This document shows, piece after piece, positions 29,120-32,000 of a stretch of DNA of 32,000 bases. Position numbers and translations under genes: made by a program. Under the pieces are notes generated by a model. It had not been told where the DNA came from and searched no databases. It worked only from the letters and a program-made list of their open reading frames with translations. The first letter of the stretch is position 1. Each line of letters starts with the position of its first letter. Origin of the DNA: Thermococcus kodakarensis KOD1 (lineage in GTDB: Archaea; Methanobacteriota_B; Thermococci; Thermococcales; Thermococcaceae); the NCBI RefSeq assembly GCF_000009965.1, contig NC_006624.1:1110001-1142000 (forward strand), given 5' to 3'.

Positions 29120-32000
29120 ATGAATCGAAAGGTGTTGAGCCTGCTAATCGTGGCAGTAATGGTGCTGTCGGTAGTGCCAGCAGTGCTTCCGGGGACGCTG
29201 GCAGCTCAGAACTCTCCAGAGAATCACAGTGTGATAAGGACACTAGAGGACACACTTGACAAGAGTCTGCTTCTTAGCTCATATAAAACGGGACTTAGAT
29301 GGGTTTCGCCAGAGGAATACTCGAAAATTACGGGCATAAAATTTAAGCCCCTAACAGAGTCTGCCTTTAAAGAGGCTCTAATGAACGCTCCGTACTATCC
29401 GGGTAGGGAAACAATGGCAATATTGCCCTCTACCACAGGATACAAGGTGTCCTCAGGTTTGTCTCTTCCGCCAATGGTGTTCAACAATCTGTATCTCCCA
29501 CCTATAGGGGATCAAGGTTACATTGGCTCGTGCAACGCCTGGAGTTCAACCTACTACGTCTGGACGTACATGATGAACTGGTGGAGGGACAATCCATATC
29601 CTCGCACGCCAGACGTCATCATGAACCCGAGCTTTACCTACAACCTGATTAACGGTGGCGTTGATGAAGGAAGTAACCCCTGGGATGCCATGACCCTTAT
29701 ATCTACAGTCGGTGCCGTTCCACTGGACGCGTTTCCACTCTATACATATCCTCCAAAGGAAGCATTTACAAATGGTACCCTTACAAATTACACTCTCTAT
29801 TACGAGTGGTACAACGAAGCTATCTCCAGGTGGCCCAACATCACCCAGTGGATGATAGCACCGCGTAACAGCGGTAACGACTACATGTGGCAGGCCTCAT
29901 TGTATGAGTACCAAGTTCCGGGTCAGTGGTACATAATAGACCTGTCCAACGACACCCAGTGGCAGTACCTCAAGCAACTGCTCGCTGCCGGTTACGTTGT
30001 GCAGTATGCTTATGGGGTAAGCTTTCCATTCGATGCGGTCAATATCTTTGACAGCGCGGATGAGATACTGCAGGCCCTTGATTACTGGGCAAGTTACGTC
30101 GCCACTGCGACGAACAACGAGACCTATTATCAGTGGGTCAACGAGACATATTTGAGCAACGAGACCTTCATACAGGGTCTGAAGCAGACCTTTATGCCCT
30201 ACACTGAGACCAAAGCGTTTTATGACTTCACCAAGGAAACCGGCTGGTGGGAAGTTTGGTCCAAGTACATTGAGGTCAAGTATGGAAGGACATATTCGTT
30301 AATTAAAGGTGGCCACGCTGTAACCATCGTGGGCTACGATGACAGAGTCAAAACCGCAGACGGATATGGCGTTGTTAGGATAGCGAACTCTTGGGGCCAG
30401 AACTGGGGAGATGGGGGATACTTCTACATGAGCTACGAGGACATTCGGTTTGGAGAGGAATCGTTCCAACTGGCATGGGTATACGTTCCTAAGGCGGCCA
30501 ACTACCAGCCGAAGCTCATGAGCGTCGTCGGCATAGCTCACCCCTTAAGAGGAGAGGTCATTGATGGGACCTACGATCCAAGCACGTATATGCCAGTTCA
30601 CGAAGCTGGTATCCCGATAGTTGCAGAAGTAAATGGAACTCCAGTGTGGGGCATGAACTTTTTGGACTTCTACCATGATTACCTCCCTGAAAACGTCATT
30701 CCGTACCTTGCCAACAACCGTACTCTCCTTTATCGGAAACTTCCACAGGCTCACCCGTTCCCGAACAGCCCGATGGCATTCGACGTAAGTGGGCTTGGTG
30801 AAGGGTTAGCTTATTACATGGAAGAAACGGGTGATGCGCCAACTTACATGACTATCTACACAAACGTAAGCGATATAATCCCAGACAACATAACAGGTGA
30901 AATCTACAATTTCACACTTCTCTACCAGGGCCCGACCGGCGACTACATGCTTCTCGCCTCGGCTGATATAACCAATGGAACCATTCCCGACGGCGGATGG
31001 AAAGTTATCCCCATCGAGGTTCCGATAGTGCAGTACGGAAGCCTCACACTTTCAAATAGCTCAACAATAAACTTCGGCAACTTCAGCGTTGACGTGCTCA
31101 GCCTCGTCCCGCTCAAGGGCGCCTACGTCAGCATTGACGGAAAGGAGTACCAGCTCAGCGAGGAGAACGGTGGCTACTACTTCTACGGTACGGAAATAGA
31201 CCAGAAGCTTAAGCTCCCTGCTGGAACATACAACTACACAGTCGTCGTCGTTTACCCGAATGGTAAGGAGGTCGCTCTTCCGACCAGAACAGTTACCATC
31301 GAAGGCCCAACGGTTGACATCCTATCCCCAGTTAACACAGTTTACAACACCTCAACCGTTGAGGTAGTTGTTAACGTTACCGACCCGTACGCCACCGTGA
31401 CAAACGTTAAGGCCTACCTCAATGGGAAGCCCCTGAACCTGACGGCAAGCGGATCACTCTACGTTGCTACCCTCACTAACCTAACCAATGGAGAGTACAA
31501 ACTAACTGTGATTGCAAACGACACGACTGGGGCATATGGAATTGCCACCAGGTTATTCGTCGTCCACACAAGCGCCAAGGTAACCGAGGTTATCGTAAAC
31601 AACGAGACCAACGTTACCATCGGCGTCGTCGGCGGAAGCGCCAACGTGACGGCCGAGAACAACACCATCGTTGCTAACGTTTCCACCTCCTCCGGCGAGT
31701 TCACCGTTGAGATCCCAGTTGTGAACAACATACCCGCAGTCGTTGTGAACGCCTCCTCCGTTGACACCGTTGTAGCCGGAGGCAGCAACGCCACCCTGGT
31801 TGCCGGCTGGAACGCAACGTTGACTGAAGTTTCGACGAAGACAACCCCTGTAGATACCAAAGGCAACAAGAAGGTATACTCCGTGACCATAACAGCAAAC
31901 GTTAGCATTGGCGAGAACGGTGTGGCAGTGGTGGCTCTCAGGGATGTCAACATAAGCAAGGTCTATGTTATAAAGAACGGGCAGAAGGTTCAGCTTACCA
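29120..32000 (+). CDS. secreted papain-like (family C1) cysteine peptidase with a long sequon-rich C-terminal extension; 3' end beyond the window
   Basis: My own translation from ATG29120 (RBS GGAGGTG at 29108-29114) is stop-free for 960 codons to the window end. It is open-ended and therefore absent from the ORF track. Signal peptide MNRKVLSLLIVAVMVLSVVPAVLPGTLAA. Papain triad contexts are GDQGYIGSCNAWSS (Cys codon 29531-29533, with Gln at -6), GGHAVTIVGYDD (His codon 30314-30316) and IANSWGQNWGDGGYFYMSY (Asn codon 30386-30388). Confidence 0.88.
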   Translation, partial: MNRKVLSLLIVAVMVLSVVPAVLPGTLAAQNSPENHSVIRTLEDTLDKSLLLSSYKTGLRWVSPEEYSKITGIKFKPLTESAFKEALMNAPYYPGRETMAILPSTTGYKVSSGLSLPPMVFNNLYLPPIGDQGYIGSCNAWSSTYYVWTYMMNWWRDNPYPRTPDVIMNPSFTYNLINGGVDEGSNPWDAMTLISTVGAVPLDAFPLYTYPPKEAFTNGTLTNYTLYYEWYNEAISRWPNITQWMIAPRNSGNDYMWQASLYEYQVPGQWYIIDLSNDTQWQYLKQLLAAGYVVQYAYGVSFPFDAVNIFDSADEILQALDYWASYVATATNNETYYQWVNETYLSNETFIQGLKQTFMPYTETKAFYDFTKETGWWEVWSKYIEVKYGRTYSLIKGGHAVTIVGYDDRVKTADGYGVVRIANSWGQNWGDGGYFYMSYEDIRFGEESFQLAWVYVPKAANYQPKLMSVVGIAHPLRGEVIDGTYDPSTYMPVHEAGIPIVAEVNGTPVWGMNFLDFYHDYLPENVIPYLANNRTLLYRKLPQAHPFPNSPMAFDVSGLGEGLAYYMEETGDAPTYMTIYTNVSDIIPDNITGEIYNFTLLYQGPTGDYMLLASADITNGTIPDGGWKVIPIEVPIVQYGSLTLSNSSTINFGNFSVDVLSLVPLKGAYVSIDGKEYQLSEENGGYYFYGTEIDQKLKLPAGTYNYTVVVVYPNGKEVALPTRTVTIEGPTVDILSPVNTVYNTSTVEVVVNVTDPYATVTNVKAYLNGKPLNLTASGSLYVATLTNLTNGEYKLTVIANDTTGAYGIATRLFVVHTSAKVTEVIVNNETNVTIGVVGGSANVTAENNTIVANVSTSSGEFTVEIPVVNNIPAVVVNASSVDTVVAGGSNATLVAGWNATLTEVSTKTTPVDTKGNKKVYSVTITANVSIGENGVAVVALRDVNISKVYVIKNGQKVQLT

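Noticed and set aside
31459-31959. 166-aa minus-strand ORF, and 30299..30754 ORFs, opposite the peptidase gene
   Set aside because: It is antisense to the Val/Asn/Thr-rich stalk region. The translation is a Thr/Val/Ala low-complexity mirror of that bias. The plus-strand frame carries the papain catalytic motifs and stays open for 960 codons.

Overview
This window looks like a chromosomal segment from a hyperthermophilic euryarchaeon of the Thermococcus/Pyrococcus type. Supporting signs are GGTGA-type ribosome-binding sites, TTTATAAA-type TATA boxes about 25-40 nt upstream of starts, tRNA genes with encoded CCA, and archaeal TFB, FEN1, eS19 and CTP-dependent riboflavin kinase. From memory and unverified, the tfb-fen...ppsA order resembles Thermococcus kodakarensis. 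I call about 30 protein genes and 3 tRNAs. Most are housekeeping: ValRS, YhbY/CRM protein, eS19, a PDCD5-like protein, TFB, FEN1, MoeA, a PP-loop ATPase, PfpI, an Lrp regulator, a DRG/TGS GTPase, Upp and PEP synthase. Six things are not explained by ordinary gene content. (1) A roughly 1 kb AT-rich stretch with no credible ORF (16849-17899) lies next to a tRNA cluster. It is built from three degenerate units with a conserved palindromic 5' module, a variable middle, and a T-run plus GC-hairpin 3' module, and one paired substitution preserves the palindrome. (2) A probable surface-glycosylation neighbourhood (25192-32000) holds an STT3/AglB-type oligosaccharyltransferase paralog with an extra C-terminal alpha/alpha-repeat-like domain. 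It also holds a divergently transcribed polytopic membrane protein and a secreted papain-like (C1) cysteine peptidase with very many N-glycosylation sequons. That ORF is open-ended and absent from the supplied track. (3) An HTH-riboflavin kinase fusion (RbkR type) has a perfect 9-13-9 inverted repeat over its own TATA box and is translationally coupled to a membrane-protein gene broken at a homopolymer. (4) The upp reading frame runs antisense into tRNA-Thr. (5) There is a VapBC pair and a tandem MATE duplication. (6) A second sequon-rich, membrane-anchored secreted protein of unknown family is present. I saw no CRISPR array, rRNA, transposase or integrase.
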